Shown here one piece after another: positions 13,201-26,268 of a stretch of DNA of 64,000 bases. Origin of the DNA: Chara braunii (Eukaryota; Plantae; Charophyceae). Below the pieces are notes generated by a model. That model saw nothing but the letters and a program-made list of their open reading frames with translations. It ran no database searches and had not been told where the DNA came from. Made by a program: the position numbers and the translations under genes. The stretch covers positions 273,862 through 337,861 of the forward strand of contig BFEA01000037.1 of NCBI GenBank assembly GCA_003427395.1. Direction: 5' to 3'. Each line of letters starts with the position of its first letter. The stretch's first letter is position 1.

Positions 13201-13750
13201 TCCCTGAAGATGTCGTTCATCACCGTTTGGAAGGTAGCGGGTGCGTTAGTGAGGCCAAATGGCATCACCATAAACTCATAGTGGCCGAAGCGCGATCATA
13301 ATGTTGTTTGCGGTTGGTCCACTGCAGCGACGCGGATCTAATGGTAACCGCTACGAAGATCGATCTTCGTAAAGAAGTGGTTGCCTGCTAGGCGGTCGAA
13401 CAGCTTGTCGGAACGAGGCATGGGGTAACTGTTCTTAACCGTGTAGCGGTTGAGACCGCAATAATCGATGCAGGGACGAAGACTTTCATCCGCTTTGTGA
13501 GCAAAAAGGACGGGTGCACCCCACAGGGAGTTGCTGGGTTTAATGAAACCCAGTCTCAGGAGCTCCTCAAGCTGACGCTCGAGTTCAGTGGCCTTGGGGA
13601 TCGAGAGTCTGCAGGATGCCTAGTGAACACAATAGTCAGGCACAAGCTGGATGGAATGCTTGACGTCGTGCATCGATGGGATGATGGCGTACGAGAACGA
13701 CGATGGGAAAACGTCGTGGTACTCTCGAATGAGGTCACGAACTGCAAGGC
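10273..13750 (-). pseudogene. pol: Chromovirus-type Gypsy pol fragment: RT - RNase H - integrase - chromodomain, frameshifted and 5'-truncated
   Basis: RT VMPFGLTNAPATFQ...YLDDILIYS (13011-13271); RNase H DVSDFAVGAVLS...EREVLAVVYA; integrase HDQAVAGHMG, VVVDRFTK, IISDRDPRFTSQFW, FFGPCCI (GPY/F-like); chromodomain-like EEFLVSDI...KYLTHWK. Confidence 0.92.
11552..11867. repeat. Tandem duplication of ~165 bp within the integrase
   Basis: 11552-11717 is repeated at 11721-11867 with an internal deletion of about 20 bp. Confidence 0.8.
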
Positions 13751-13751
13751 T

Positions 13752-14927
13752 CGAGTTTGTTGAAGGCACTATCCATGACTTGAAAGTCTATCTAAAAAAA
13801 GGCAAGGAAACTCACGAGCACTTCGACTCTGTCTGGATCGCAGCGGCCAAACATCTTGAGGAGAACGAGAGGGAACTCAATGAGGGTGGTGTCAGATTGG
13901 TCCGGAGCTTGGGGCCCAAGCTCTATATTGACTACCAGAGACCTCCAGTACCTTCTTTTCTCACGGATGGCTCCTATTGGGGTGGCTTGGTTGATCTAGC
14001 CAAAAGGTACATTTCTCCAGCAGAGATTGACTACGAGGCAATGACCGAGGCATCTAAGTTTCGGCATCTCAGGCAAGGGATTTTCTCTCTGTTGTATCTC
14101 CCTACACTATGGGAGGAATTTTGTCTTATGGTTGCATTTCGTACCATGGGCCTCGGATGGAAGTGCTCAGAGCTTGCAGGCTTTAGGTGGTTCTACATTC
14201 AAAGGCCACAATCTCAGGAGGTACACAGGCATGGCTCGAGGCACGGGAAACGCACAACCAAATAAGGAACCAATGATGGGGCTTTAGAGGGATGAGTGCG
14301 ACTCTAGACTGGTGTTGGTCGTGCCTATTCACCTGTACTTTCTTGAGATTATTACGAGTTCTCATTCTTCCCTCATTTATCCTTGTCACTGTCTTCATTT
14401 GCTTTGACTCCGCTTGATGATTGTGATTTCTGATGATTTTGTCACAGTTCTCAAAATTAATAAATTAGCAAAATTGATACACAAGGGGTGGTACATCCTT
14501 CCTACCGGAAGTAATCAATGTCGTTCACTCGGGCCTCTCAACCATAATGGGGAGGAGCGTGGGGTGAGTCAACCTTGTATTATTCATTGACTTGCCGGGG
14601 GAATAGGAATCAGACTGTCGCTTCCCACAATGGTAGGAGCCAGAGCCAAGAGGTTCTGAAAAAAAAATAAAAAATTGACGCACCAGAATTTCATGTTTAT
14701 TATTTGTATGATCTTCTGCTGTTCCAAATTAAAATAAAAGATTCCAAAGATCGAGGACCGACGAAGACCGTAATTGAAGGGTCTCGCTCGAAGCCGGAGG
14801 CATACAACAGGAAGGGAATATGCGTTAATATTTTATTTTATTTATTGCAAGCAACATTCAAAATCCTGCGTGACAGCCTGTTCGTTTTCTGGTCGCCCAA
14901 AGTGGGCTGACTAAAAAAAGTGCGACA
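13752..14927 (+). repeat. 3' part of element A 5' LTR
   Basis: Aligns to 41799-42788 and ends GTGCGACA before the PBS. The left end abuts the chromovirus RT with no LTR terminus. Confidence 0.8.
13753..14265 (+). CDS. LTR-encoded accessory-domain protein (5'-truncated, open for ~170 codons)
   Basis: EFVEGTIHDLKVYLKKG...VWIAAA...PPVPSFLTDGSYWGGLVDLAKRYISP...RTTK* aligns to 41656-42309. Confidence 0.6.
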   Translation, partial: EFVEGTIHDLKVYLKKGKETHEHFDSVWIAAAKHLEENERELNEGGVRLVRSLGPKLYIDYQRPPVPSFLTDGSYWGGLVDLAKRYISPAEIDYEAMTEASKFRHLRQGIFSLLYLPTLWEEFCLMVAFRTMGLGWKCSELAGFRWFYIQRPQSQEVHRHGSRHGKRTTK

Positions 14928-14931
14928 AAAT

Positions 14932-14949
14932 TGGCGTCGTTGTCGGGGA
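14932..14949 (+). promoter_or_regulatory. Primer-binding site, tRNA-Asp type
   Basis: TGGCGTCGTTGTCGGGGA, 16/18 identical to TGGCGCCGTTGCCGGGGA (plant tRNA-Asp PBS), 4 nt after the LTR CA. Confidence 0.75.
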
Positions 14950-15249
14950 CATGAAAAATTCTCGTGTCTGGAACGAGTCTGGGTCAGCATTAGCTTTGAG
15001 TTTTGATTAGGACATGAGAACTATTGACAATGTTCTTAACCATCAAAACCACTTATTATCCCCATTGAGCTATAATTCTCCTGGGAATCCCAGTTGGGTC
15101 TTATTTTTCATGTGTGAGGCACCACACTGGACTGGAGAAGGAGACTGGCATTATTTATTAGAGAGAGTCAGGCTTGATCACAAGTATGTTCTACGAACCT
15201 CTGACAATTGTGAGAAACTCGAAGAGAAGAGAGCAAATTAGATTCGGGC

Positions 15250-17610
15250 AATGTTAGTCGACAGTGCATTGAAATAACTTTCTAAACTCGCTTTTAAAAG
15301 GTTACTCCTTTATCAATTTGAGCATATTTCGGTCTACCATTTTGGCGATTCGACCATCTGTGTAGTGTTGGCTCGCTTCTTGGAGGGAGATATCTATGAT
15401 ATCCGTCTTTATGTCAAGAACGGAGGTTGCAATGATGGTGAGAACTTTAACTGGTTAAAGGGCAGATCTATTCAAGCAAAAAAAGAAAGTGGAACGAGGG
15501 TTAATGCTTGTAACCTATGAGACAATTCCAAGTCCTCCTATCCCTAACAGCTACTGTAACGGAAGTAACTGGTTGCCAATCATTAACATGGTATTGAAGT
15601 GGGGGAAATGGGTGGGCTGTCATGAGAACGAAAAAAAATTCAGCTGAGGAAATCAGGCAGCGAAGATCGGAATTTGGTACGAGTGTCTCCTGAGATCATT
15701 GAATGTTTTAAGAAAGAGAGAAGTGTTCTCATATGAAGTTGTCAAGTATGAGATAAAAGTGGATGGGAGCAGAAACGATTCTATATTTTAACATTTTACT
15801 TCACCGGGCTAGATACATATGATGTGAGGATCTATATTCCCAAAGAAAGAAGTGTTAAGGCTGTGTATGAGAGACGCTGGAGATTCGCTGAGGAAGTTGT
15901 GTTGAAAGAGAAAGAGAGACTTGAGAGGGAAAATAAGTGCTTCATTGGATCCACTCAGCTTGCTGTCTTTGAGGGATTCCCGACTCCTCCTTTACCTGGT
16001 ATCAGTCTGTCAAGGAACAATTCGTCTGCTGTGATTAAGTTTGCACTGAGAGTGAGAGGGGAAGATTAAAGGCACTAATGAGTCATCCGTACGTACCTCC
16101 AAAAGCGAGACTCTGGTTTAGGTTAGGAAGAGGACATGGAAGGTTGAGTAAGGAAGAGTCAGAGAAGCTACTGAATCCCCTTAATTCCATAACGAGGAGA
16201 GTCGTGTTTCCTTAAGGGATCGTGAGATATGAGGCACTAAAGAATCTGGGGGATGGGAACATGACAGTGTATATTGTCCTTACCTCCTACTTTATTGATC
16301 TCGATAAGTTTCATATTGGAATCTATGTGCCACGACAGAGGCTTGAAGGGTGTAGACGTGGCTGATGCTGGGAACGAGCAGTCGACATTGTATACAACGA
16401 AAGAACAAGGCTTGAACAAGAAGGGAAAAGTTTTTCTTGGATTACTTATGCTAGACCTTTCACAGGGATACCATCTCCTCCTATTGAAGGGCTTACGCTT
16501 TCGAGGGACAATTGGTCATCCATGGTAGATTTTGTATGGAAGGTGAAGAGGGCTCACGAAGAATACTCTAAGCAGCAAACATAACTGTTGTGAGAGGCAG
16601 ACTTTATGAAGTGACTAGGTCCGATAACCCCTTTATAATTCTGAGATATGAGACTTGTGTAAGAGGACGCATAATATTTCACATTCCAGTGGTCAAATTC
16701 CTGAATACCGGCAGCTTGGACATGAGAATCTACGCCCCAGCATGCCAAGAGAAGGAGGCTGATTATTTGGAATGCCGGATGGGGGCTTATGTCAGTCTTA
16801 TAAGGACGAAAGAGTGGCTTGAAAAATTACAGAGAAAAGTAACTTGGGGATATTAAGTAAGGCAGTTTGAGAGACTTCCTAGTTTTTCAACTACTGATGG
16901 TTTTGATGACAAGAGAGACTGGATGCCTCTGCTGGAGGTCATTGCCATAGTAGGTAAAGCAAGGGAGACTAACTCCACAGTGGTAATAAAGTCGTTTTTC
17001 CTGAATACCTTCGAACATCAGTTCGAGATCCCTGACAGCATTCATCCGGAGATTTACCTTTCCTGTATAATAATGAATAATGTCCAGTACGGTTGAACAG
17101 CTAAGGGTAGTCAAGACAGAAGGGACTTTTCGAATCTCAGACAAGAGTCTCTTTACTTTGGATGAGCTTGAGCTTTTGCAACCTTTCTTTGATCGGATGA
17201 GAGCCTCTGCTTTGAGAGTCGTCACTGACCAGACTGAGATCAACTATTTGCTGAAGGTTGTGAAAGTGGGGACCATTAAGAGAGTGTCTTATCACTCCTC
17301 TAGAGAATGAGTCTCTTGCCAAGAGAATCAACATTGGTTCATAAGTAATGCAATTTGACTATGAGATTATAGACTCGACACAGTACTTCATGATTCGAAC
17401 AGTGAAATGATATAACAGAAGACAGGGTAGGGATGATGAGAGGGAACTGATTAAGGATTATATTGCAAGGCTGAGAAGAATTGCGTTGCCCTTGATCACC
17501 ACTCAGTCTATTATTGCCTACACTCTCTGCGTACATAATTCTCAAGGGGAGGAGCAAACAAGACAGAAGAGAGACAAGTTTGTTTCTCTTTCGAGAAGAC
17601 TAAGGGATTG
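15250..17610 (+). pseudogene. Array of decayed accessory ORFs upstream of gag (four copies of the repeated domain plus two unrelated short ORFs)
   Basis: Domain copies at ~15260-15600, 15620-16069, 16150-16585 and 16590-16990; short ORFs 17080-17310 and ~17348-17600; homologous to 43111-45068. Confidence 0.65.
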
Positions 17611-17673
17611 AAAGTAGGAAAAAAGAGGTCAAAAGTGACAAGAAGAGAGAGGAGAGAACATTAGGGAAGGTTC

Positions 17674-19345
17674 ATGGTCAAAATGGTTGGACGAGGGAAA
17701 CCTAGCTCCTCTGCAGGGACTCGTGACGAGACCTTAGTCGGTGTCATACGGGAGTTGGCCGAAAGAGTTGACACAATAAAAGGAGGGTCAAAGAGGCTAG
17801 ATGAAAGGATTTCATGCTTCGGAGGGCCTCAGATAAATGATTTTCTGGATGAATATGAATTATTTAAGACTCCTTTATGATTGGTCAGACAAACAGCGAC
17901 TTAAGCACCTTCTACCATATTGTGACACTGACTCAAGGTTGGTTGTTAGGGCCACTACATGGAAAGAAGTCAAGGAAAGAATGACAAGGGAATTTGAGAA
18001 AGATCATGTTCCAACTACTACCAAGGATCTCCTCAATATCACGAGAGCTAAGTATGACACTTTCAATGTTTTCCTCCAAACGTTTATCAGAACAGCCAGA
18101 AGAATTCCATATTTGGATGGGGCTAAGAAATGTCATATTTTTCTATTTGATTTCACTGATAATGAGAGACCGACTGTTCTCAATCAAGCACAACACTACC
18201 CTTTCAGATGAGATGAAATGGTTCAATAGTTAGAACTTTACCTATGGTTTCACACAAGAAGTGGTCACTAGATCACATCGATACGTTGACCAAAGCCTAG
18301 GAGACCGAGAATGGTATGAATAGAGGGAACAATCTAAGTGCCGAAAATATTATTCAACGAGTTATGGTCAATTACATGCCTGCTAATCATGTTGTGGATG
18401 AGAAAGGAAAGAAGAAGGCTGAAACTGGGAATGAAGAGGATGACGATGATGATGACTATGAGAAAAGAGGAGATTCCTCCGGATCTAGAAGGAATGGAGG
18501 GAATGGTGAAAAAAAAAATCAGAGAAAAAAAAAAGTATGATGACCGTCCGAGGAAGAGTTTTGTCTGCTATCTTTGTTGGTGAAGGGGGTCATACTACCA
18601 CCTACTATAAGCCTCTGAAGAGGATGCGAGAAGCGGGGTAGCAAAGAAGGATGCAATGGGTCATGTTTGTGATAGTTCATGGAACAAATTGGATCCCAGA
18701 CATCCTGGAGATATGAGACTTCTTGCCCTTAAACATGAAGAAAAGATGAAGAAGAAAAAAAAGACAAAAACTAATGTGAATATTCACTTTCTTATCGGTG
18801 AACTGCCTCAAGAACATGTGCAGAAATTTGATGATCCTTCCACCGTGATTGAATTGCCTTTAAGATCCCTGACGTTAATGGAATACCTGTCTGACAAGGT
18901 TTCCCCAAGCGAGCCTTTATTAAAAGAAAATTCTACTTCCCAGACTTCCTCTGAGTTGGTAATATTTTCTTCTAATAGGCCCGCTTGTTCGGTCAACATG
19001 ATGTCGTTTGAGGGTGACTACCACCAGAGCTCGTCATGGAGCCCAGTATAGTGATTCAAGAAGTAAGAAATATTCAAGCACGCCTAACGCCTCAAATGAT
19101 AGAGGAAAAGAAGAGAAGAAAGGCCGAAGAGACTCTAAATGACATTCTTGATGATCAACAACCAAACGCTCCAACTAGAAAGAATGAATAAGGAAGCTCT
19201 TGTTCTCAAGAGCAAGTTGGAAGGTGTAACTTTAATCACTGATGTAATTACAAAGATGCTAGAGGAAACAAAAATAACAAAGAAGCAATGACTCTAGCAC
19301 CTAAGTTTAGGGAAGAGTTAAACAAATTGATTGAAAAAAAAAAAA
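17674..19345 (+). pseudogene. gag: gag of element A (frameshifted)
   Basis: MVKMVGRGKPSSS... matches the 45102 ORF; zinc-knuckle remnant CYLC..GGHTTTY. Confidence 0.85.
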
Positions 19346-22300
19346 CGGAGGTTAACTACTTGGGATCCGTCTTCCCCAGTCAGATGAACAGATCATTACC
19401 AGATTGTAAGATGAATGGAAGTCGTCCAATTCTTAAGTCATGAAGGGTCATCTTGGATCGGTCTACAGGATCCAGAGACTGCCTAGGAACAGACCTTTAT
19501 GGTTTGTACTAACCACAATCATAAGCATCAGTTGTCGGCCAACTCAATTAGAAGGGAAAAATTTGTTGAGAGGACAAGGAAAATCAAATGGAAAGACAAG
19601 CAAGAAGTCAAAGAGGAAGCCTCAGTGGACATCAATCAGATTTCGAAGATGATGAAAGTTTTTGGCAAACTCAAAGATTAAGATGGACAAATTGAGGCAT
19701 TCAAAAAGGCTATTGAAGCTGCTAAGGGTGAAAAAATGAAATTAAAAATTGCATTCACTCATCCTTTTTTAGGAAAATAGTCATTGGGTCAAAGAGGACG
19801 TACAAGCCCAAGGGGGTGAAAAAGAACCTAATAAAAAAAATTATGATGAGGCATTGGAAAAGGAGAGGAGAATCATTAAGGCACTATGGGAGTGAACAAA
19901 ATTGGGGAATCGAGTCACTAGAGAAATATTTGACACAATGAAGATAGACTCAGACCAGTTCATCAAGCCTAAAGAGAAGGAATATATCTTCAAAGTGTAT
20001 CAGAAATTCTCGGGTGCATTCTCCTTTAATGATGAAGAAAGAGGGCGGTTGGACGTGGATATGATCAAAATGGCAAAGATCTAGACGATGGATCATATTC
20101 CATGGAATGACAGACCAACCAAGTATGGTCTGAAGAAAGAGGTGGGGGTGGTAAAATATCTTGACAAGAAAATCACCTCTAATGTTGCTGAACCTGCTGA
20201 TGGACCGCACACTAACCACTAGTTTTGCTTGTGGAGACCAGGGGGTGGACTGAGATGGATACAGAATCTTCAGAAGCTCAACTCAATGACGGTGCGTGAT
20301 GCAAGTAGTCTTCCTAATGCTGATCTCCTTTCTGAATCTTTTGCTGGTTGATGCATTTATTCTTTGATTGATTTACATCCTGGTTATGATCAGTTTCTCA
20401 TTGATCCTACTAGAAGACCGATGACTGCCATGCACACGCCAAGTCGGGTCATTCATATGTGCGTGGTACCTCAAGGTTGGACCAATGGTGTGACAGTGGT
20501 TCAAAGGGATATGATCCAGGTCAAGCAAGATATTTCTCCTGAGATAACCAGCCCCTATATTGATGATAACCTTATGAAAGGACCCATAGTAAGAGATGAG
20601 ACATTGGTAGCTGATGGAGTCAGAAAGTTTGTCTGGGAACATGCAGAAGGAATAAAGATGATCCTAGAGAGACTTCAGAAATATAACATGAAGTCTCTTC
20701 TTTTTCAAGCAAAGGTAACCATCTTGGGCTTTAGATGTTTCTCCAAGGTTAGGAGTCCCGACCCCAAGAAAATAGATAAAATTTTAAACTGGCTTTTGTC
20801 TCTCAAGTGAGTGACAAACGTTAGAAGCTTCTTGGGCATTTGTGGATTCTGGAGGATTTTTATTTCTCATTTTGCTACCCTTGCAGAGACTCTGAGAGAG
20901 ATTGTAAGGCAAGGGGCTAACTTATCATGAACTGAGAAAAGACAAATTGCTGCAGAGACTTCAAGAAAAATTAAACAATGGAGGAGTAGTGTTGGGAGTG
21001 CCTTTCTACGATGATGAGGAGGGAAGACCCTTCATCACCGTAGCTCTATGTGGTGTACTCTTTCAAAAGAGTGGGGACGGGAAAGAGAGACCGCTAAGGT
21101 TTGAAAGTAAGACTCTTAACTCTACAGAAAGAGGCTACACCCAATTCAGAAAGAGTTACTGACAATCATCCACTGTCTCAGGTGCTCCAGGCATTATATA
21201 CTTGGAAGGAGATTCATCATCAAGACCGATGCATCTGCTGTGATCGGTGCTATTAAAAAGTATCAACAAGTGGATCCAACAGTAAGCATATGGATTACCT
21301 TCACTTGGACTTTTAATTTTACACTTGAAAAGATTCCCACAGAAAAGAACCGGGCAGATGGCCGAAGCTGAATTGAATGGAGAAAAGATGAAGATAAGGA
21401 TGTTGATGGGGCAATCGAAGAATCTGCCTTGTTGATAACTTATTGAATGAGGAAGACGATGAAGATTGTAAGGCTCCAAGTTCCTATAAGTGGAGCTTAT
21501 GGCCTGAAGAAAAAGATAATTGGGGAGAGATCCCTGATGCTTATGTCTATGAGTTACTTCTTGCAAAGGAAGAGGAGGAAGAACAAAACGATTGGTATGC
21601 CAAAATCAATGTAGCAGCGGTAGTTGCTCATGAACTAGGAGAAAGTTCTGAGTCAAAGAATGAGGAAGAAGCTGGAAAGAAAGAAAGAAAAAAATTCTTT
21701 CATTTTTTAGGAATACGATGGAAGTTGCCAAGAGATTGGGAAGAAGATGGAAAGAGAACAGCTAAAGGAAAATAATCTAAGAGTTGTGTGTGGGAAAAAA
21801 AGATAGCTAAAAATAATTGTTGCTCTACATGAGGGGGTTGTTGGTGGCCATAGCAACCTACTCTAAGACAGTTAAACTTTACTTCTGGCCTGGCATGAGA
21901 GACATGATTTACAGATTTTGTAAGTCATGTGTGTTACGTTAGAAGAGGTCTACAACGAGGATGATTGAGCCTTTATTTCCTACTATCCTGATAGAGTCAG
22001 GAAGTCGAGTTCACTTGGATCTCATCACCATGCCTTTAGGCAAGGGAGGGATGAGGTACATATTGAATATGAAAGATAATTTTTTGGATATGTTGAGGCA
22101 AAGGTCTGAAGAGGAAGACGGGTAAGCAAGTGGCTGACTGGATAAAGGAGGTTTATCTCGTATATCCCTTGATCAGAAAGTGTGTTTTTGACAGACGATC
22201 TGAATTCAGAAATGAGATTGTAAGGAGAACCACTCTCAGACAAGGTGTCACAATTCGACACGTAACCATTTATCATCCTCAAGCAAATGCGCCTGTCGAA

Positions 22301-22870
22301 AGAGGTCACAAAACTTTGAAAGATTCATTTGGCTAAATGATGTGAAGGGAACCTCAGTAACAGACCAAAAGTACTAAGATTTGCAGTTTATTCTGATAAC
22401 ATTACTGTCAAAAACACCACTGGTTATGCTCCATTCACACTGTGGTATGGTCGGTACTTTACCTATTGAGAGTATAATCAAGACATGGTAGAGTCAAGAG
22501 AGTGACAAAGAATACTCAATTTCATAACTTCTTCAGATCAGAATGAGGCAGATATCGGAGGTTGATCAGACAGTAATGGATCCCGCAGAGAGAATGGCAA
22601 CCAACAGATTGTCAGACCAAGAGAGATGGAACCAGAAGAGATATATAAGGAAAACAAAATTAAAGGTTAGTGATGTTGTCCTCCTATTCGACAATTTCCT
22701 TGAGACTTAGTGGACAAAGTGATTGGAGCCCAGATGGCTCGGTCCCTACAGAATTACAGGTGAAGCAGAGGGCAAGGTCTATGAGATATCAGAGATAGAT
22801 GGTTCAAGAGTTCATGGTATGGTGTCAGGGTCAAGGGCTTCGTAAGTTTATCTTCAGGGACCCTGACCTA
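19346..22870 (+). pseudogene. pol: pol of element A (protease largely deleted; RT, RNase H, integrase with many stops)
   Basis: PQGWTNG...YIDD (20364-20810); ERPLRFESKTL; HVTIYHPQANAPVERGH; collinear with 46773-50670. Confidence 0.9.
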
Positions 22871-24626
22871 ATCCCTATAATGATCACAAAAAAAGGGAAG
22901 AAAAGCTAAGCATCCAATAAAGAAGCAGTTGAAAAAAACGAGAGAAGTATAATAAGACAGTGAGGCAACTGTGAGAACGAGAACCTCAGCAGACTTTGAC
23001 TACTCTTACATTGCCAACTCAGTATGTCAATTTTCAGCATGTCAAGTTCTGACATGAAAGACTTGAGAAAATTTTTTAGAATGACCCATATTCGTTTCTA
23101 CATCAGAGTTAATTTTCTTATTTCTGCATGTGACAGAGCCAATGAGATCAAAGTGTCACTGATGTGGAGCCACAATCGCTCCACGAGTATTAGATCCTTG
23201 AGTGGCGAACAACTGTAAGGTGCAGCTGCAGTGAGAAAAGTGATGAGAGATCATCCTTCTGAGAATTGATGCAGTATCAAGTTCAGAGAACTCGTGGTTG
23301 TAGCACATCAAAGAAAAATCGGTATTAATTTCTTGTAACTCAGAGAAAGTCCGACAGACATAAAGAAGTCCAGCTCTACTTGACTAGAAAGTTGTCAGTG
23401 GAGGGACTTCGTGTCTTCTGACTCAGTTGCCTGTCTAAGAGAATTATCAAGAAGATAAGCATAAAGAAGTTCGGCCTTGCTTGACCAGAGAGTTGTGAAC
23501 AGGGGGACTTCGTGTTTCTTGACTAAGTTGCCTATCTTTTGTTTCAGTTGAGGGAAGGGACCTCCATGGGGCCAGTATCTATATACTTCCTTGAGACTGG
23601 CGGGAGGTCTCTTNGAAGTATTCTCAGATGAGGGAAGGGACCTCTCTGGGATCAGCGCTCTGTATTTCCTGAGGCTGAACGGAGATCTTTAGGAAATGCA
23701 CATTCGATTGTTTGTTGTTGCTGTTTAGTGCCTCACGAGATCGAAGGGACGTCTCTTGAAAAATGTTTGTTTCGTTATTTGGAGCATGAGTTGTCTGACT
23801 GTGGGCTTGATATGTTTCGTTGACTGTCTGTGCCTTGGGTTTTCTTCTCTAACCTAAAGATGCATTGATTGTCAGGGCTACCAGAGCCTTACGGCAGTAG
23901 GTTGCAATCTGGAGGGGTCAGCAGGTCCACAACACGAGTGTCGAATTCCGTAGTTGACTGAGGCTAAGACTCCAGGGGTCTGGCCTGTGAGGTCAAGAAG
24001 TGTCAGTTGGAACCTTGCCGCAATCAAAGGATGCAATCCAGTGAGGTTCACCAAAGCCTAGAATCGTGGTTACACCGGGTCCCACATTCAGAAATATGGG
24101 TGGGGCGGCCAGCGCCCTAGACCAAAAACTGGTGGCTGAGCCGGTCCCCGACCGCAATGGTCAAATCTGGGTACGGAACAGTTGGACTGACGGGAGTTCT
24201 ACTGTCATAGGGTGACCAGACCCGCTATAGTTTGGGTGTCCTGGCGTGAGGTGCGCCAAAGGATCGTCGTACTCGAGTAGTGGGTATGGTGGTCCTGACC
24301 TAGAGGCAGGTTAAAGGGGTTGTAAAGACAAATGGTCTGACTAGTCCTGGCCTGAGGCGGGCCGAACAAGGGTTGTCAGGTTGACGGGAGGTCTGTCACC
24401 CCTGGCCAATGGTAGGCCAAAACCAGGGCAACCAATAACTCTTGGGTGGGAAGGACCGTTTACGTTACTTTACTTATTATTTTATTTTGGGTTTTCATTT
24501 TATTTGTTTTATTTAATTATTGCATGATGATTGCTTGTCAGGGGATTTGCATGTTGAGATCACGCTTGGTGGGTTATGAAACTTGTTGTATTAAAGGGTC
24601 ATACAAATTTATCTAAAGTTCCCAGA

Positions 24627-24800
24627 CCAGAGAAAGAGAATGGGGTTTGGTATCTCCCTTTATTCGTCTGAGAAGTTGAGGGTACGCCTCACTCAGGTCA
24701 GAGAAAGAGAATGGGGTTTGGTATCTCCTCCGTTTGCTTGAGAAGTTGAGAAGATGTCTCACATAGATCAGAGGAACAAGAAAAAGGGTTTGGTATGTCT
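24627..24800 (+). repeat. Three purine-rich direct repeats ending GGGTTTGGTAT
   Basis: CAGAGAAAGAGAATGGGGTTTGGTATCTCC x2 plus one variant; equivalents at 52229-52395. Confidence 0.7.
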
Positions 24801-24983
24801 CGCCAATGATATTGCTGACAGGTAGTGTCCACAGTGTTAACACCAGATTGATGATATCCCTGGAGACACTATCAAAAGTGGAACACGAGGTAACTTCTCC
24901 ACTTAAAAGGTAAAAAAAACAATAAAAAGTCAAGGCCAAATTGTAGATGAAACCTGAGAGGTAATCCTTCTTAAATTTTATTT

Positions 24984-25064
24984 GGTGGCCGATAGAGCGG
25001 CCTGGTTCACGAAGAACCTGCATCCCCGGCTTCAAGGTAATTAAATGCTTTAGCCAGGGACGCT
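24984..25064 (-). other. Conserved three-hairpin structure (copy A)
   Basis: Stems are conserved with 52550-52630 while the loops differ. Confidence 0.5.
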
Positions 25065-25784
25065 ATGAGGTATGAAATAAGAAGAGAGATTAAGAAAAGA
25101 GAAGTCAGGAAAATTCAAGGAAAAAGATCATGTTTACACGACAAATAAAAGATAGCCATGAACTTGACCTGGAGCAGAGCAAAAAGAAAGAAAACGTCAA
25201 GGAGAGCGCAGTTGTTAAGATGAGAGTGAGAAGGGGTGGTGTAGGTAACTGAGGGAGAAGGTACAGGCACTAGGGCCTTATTGGTCAAGGGATTGAACCC
25301 TTAGCTAATGGGAATTGAAAATTGATGATGGCCCGATGGGATTGAATTCATTGATTGCTCTAGCTTACTGAAACCTCACGGAGCATAAGTTTTATTTCCT
25401 TCTTTGCTCGATTATGTAATCAATCGCTTATCTTATTTACCTACGGACAAGCTATCGGTACCTTTATTTTATTTTATTTATGGTAAGTCCCCAGACATCC
25501 CTGCTTGGGATGATGATATAGTTTGAACTTCATGGCGACACGAAGGAGGAAAAAAAGTCGTTTCATAACCAGTCAAAATATTGGCTATTTCTTCAAAATT
25601 GGTCACTCCTGTAAATCCATAAATCATTGAACAACACACATGTTTTAGTGCCTACTACTAGGAAAAAACTATCTTCAATTTTTTGATATAACCAAGGTAG
25701 AATCTTTGTAAAAACCATCAGTGCATAAGACTCCCTTCCTGTCCTGGAAGCATGATACTCCCAGTGGATGCTTTTCGTTATTCC

Positions 25785-26046
25785 CAGGAGAGGAAGCATT
25801 GGGCGCGCCGTAACGCGCGTCAAATTTCTTTTGATAGTACACCATCCTTGTTGGGGATGGAGTCCTTTCGTACGACCCAACGAAGGAGGGGCGGGAAAAG
25901 GGCCTTGTCTGAGCACTATAACCCTGAGCTTCTTCTTCCTCTTCCTCTGAACTATACTCGCGCCATGCACGAGCAGGCGGCTCCTCACGGGCCTTCCCTC
26001 CTCTTCCACCTCTCCCTCTTCCCTAACCTTGACGTGCCTCAGGCAT
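25785..26046 (-). pseudogene. Antisense RGG/acidic ORF, copy A (one premature TAG)
   Basis: MPEARQG*GRGRGGRGGKAREEPPARAWREYSSEEEEEEAQGY...YERTPS...KKFDARYGAPNASSP, aligned to 52669-53145. Confidence 0.7.
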
Positions 26047-26268
26047 AGTGTAAGGAGATTCCCCCAGAGCTCCAGACACTCCCTCTGTGTGACGGAACAA
26101 GAAAAGTGTGTTGCGAGCTGCGGCAAACATGAGTGAACAGCTGGCACAAAGTTGCGATGAAAACGGTGCTATGGGTCGAGGAGGTAGTGAATCCTGACCC
26201 GCATATGTTTTACACTAGTTGTCTACTGTGTGTTTTGGCGCAGCGGGAACGCTGGGCGGGGGTTTGGT

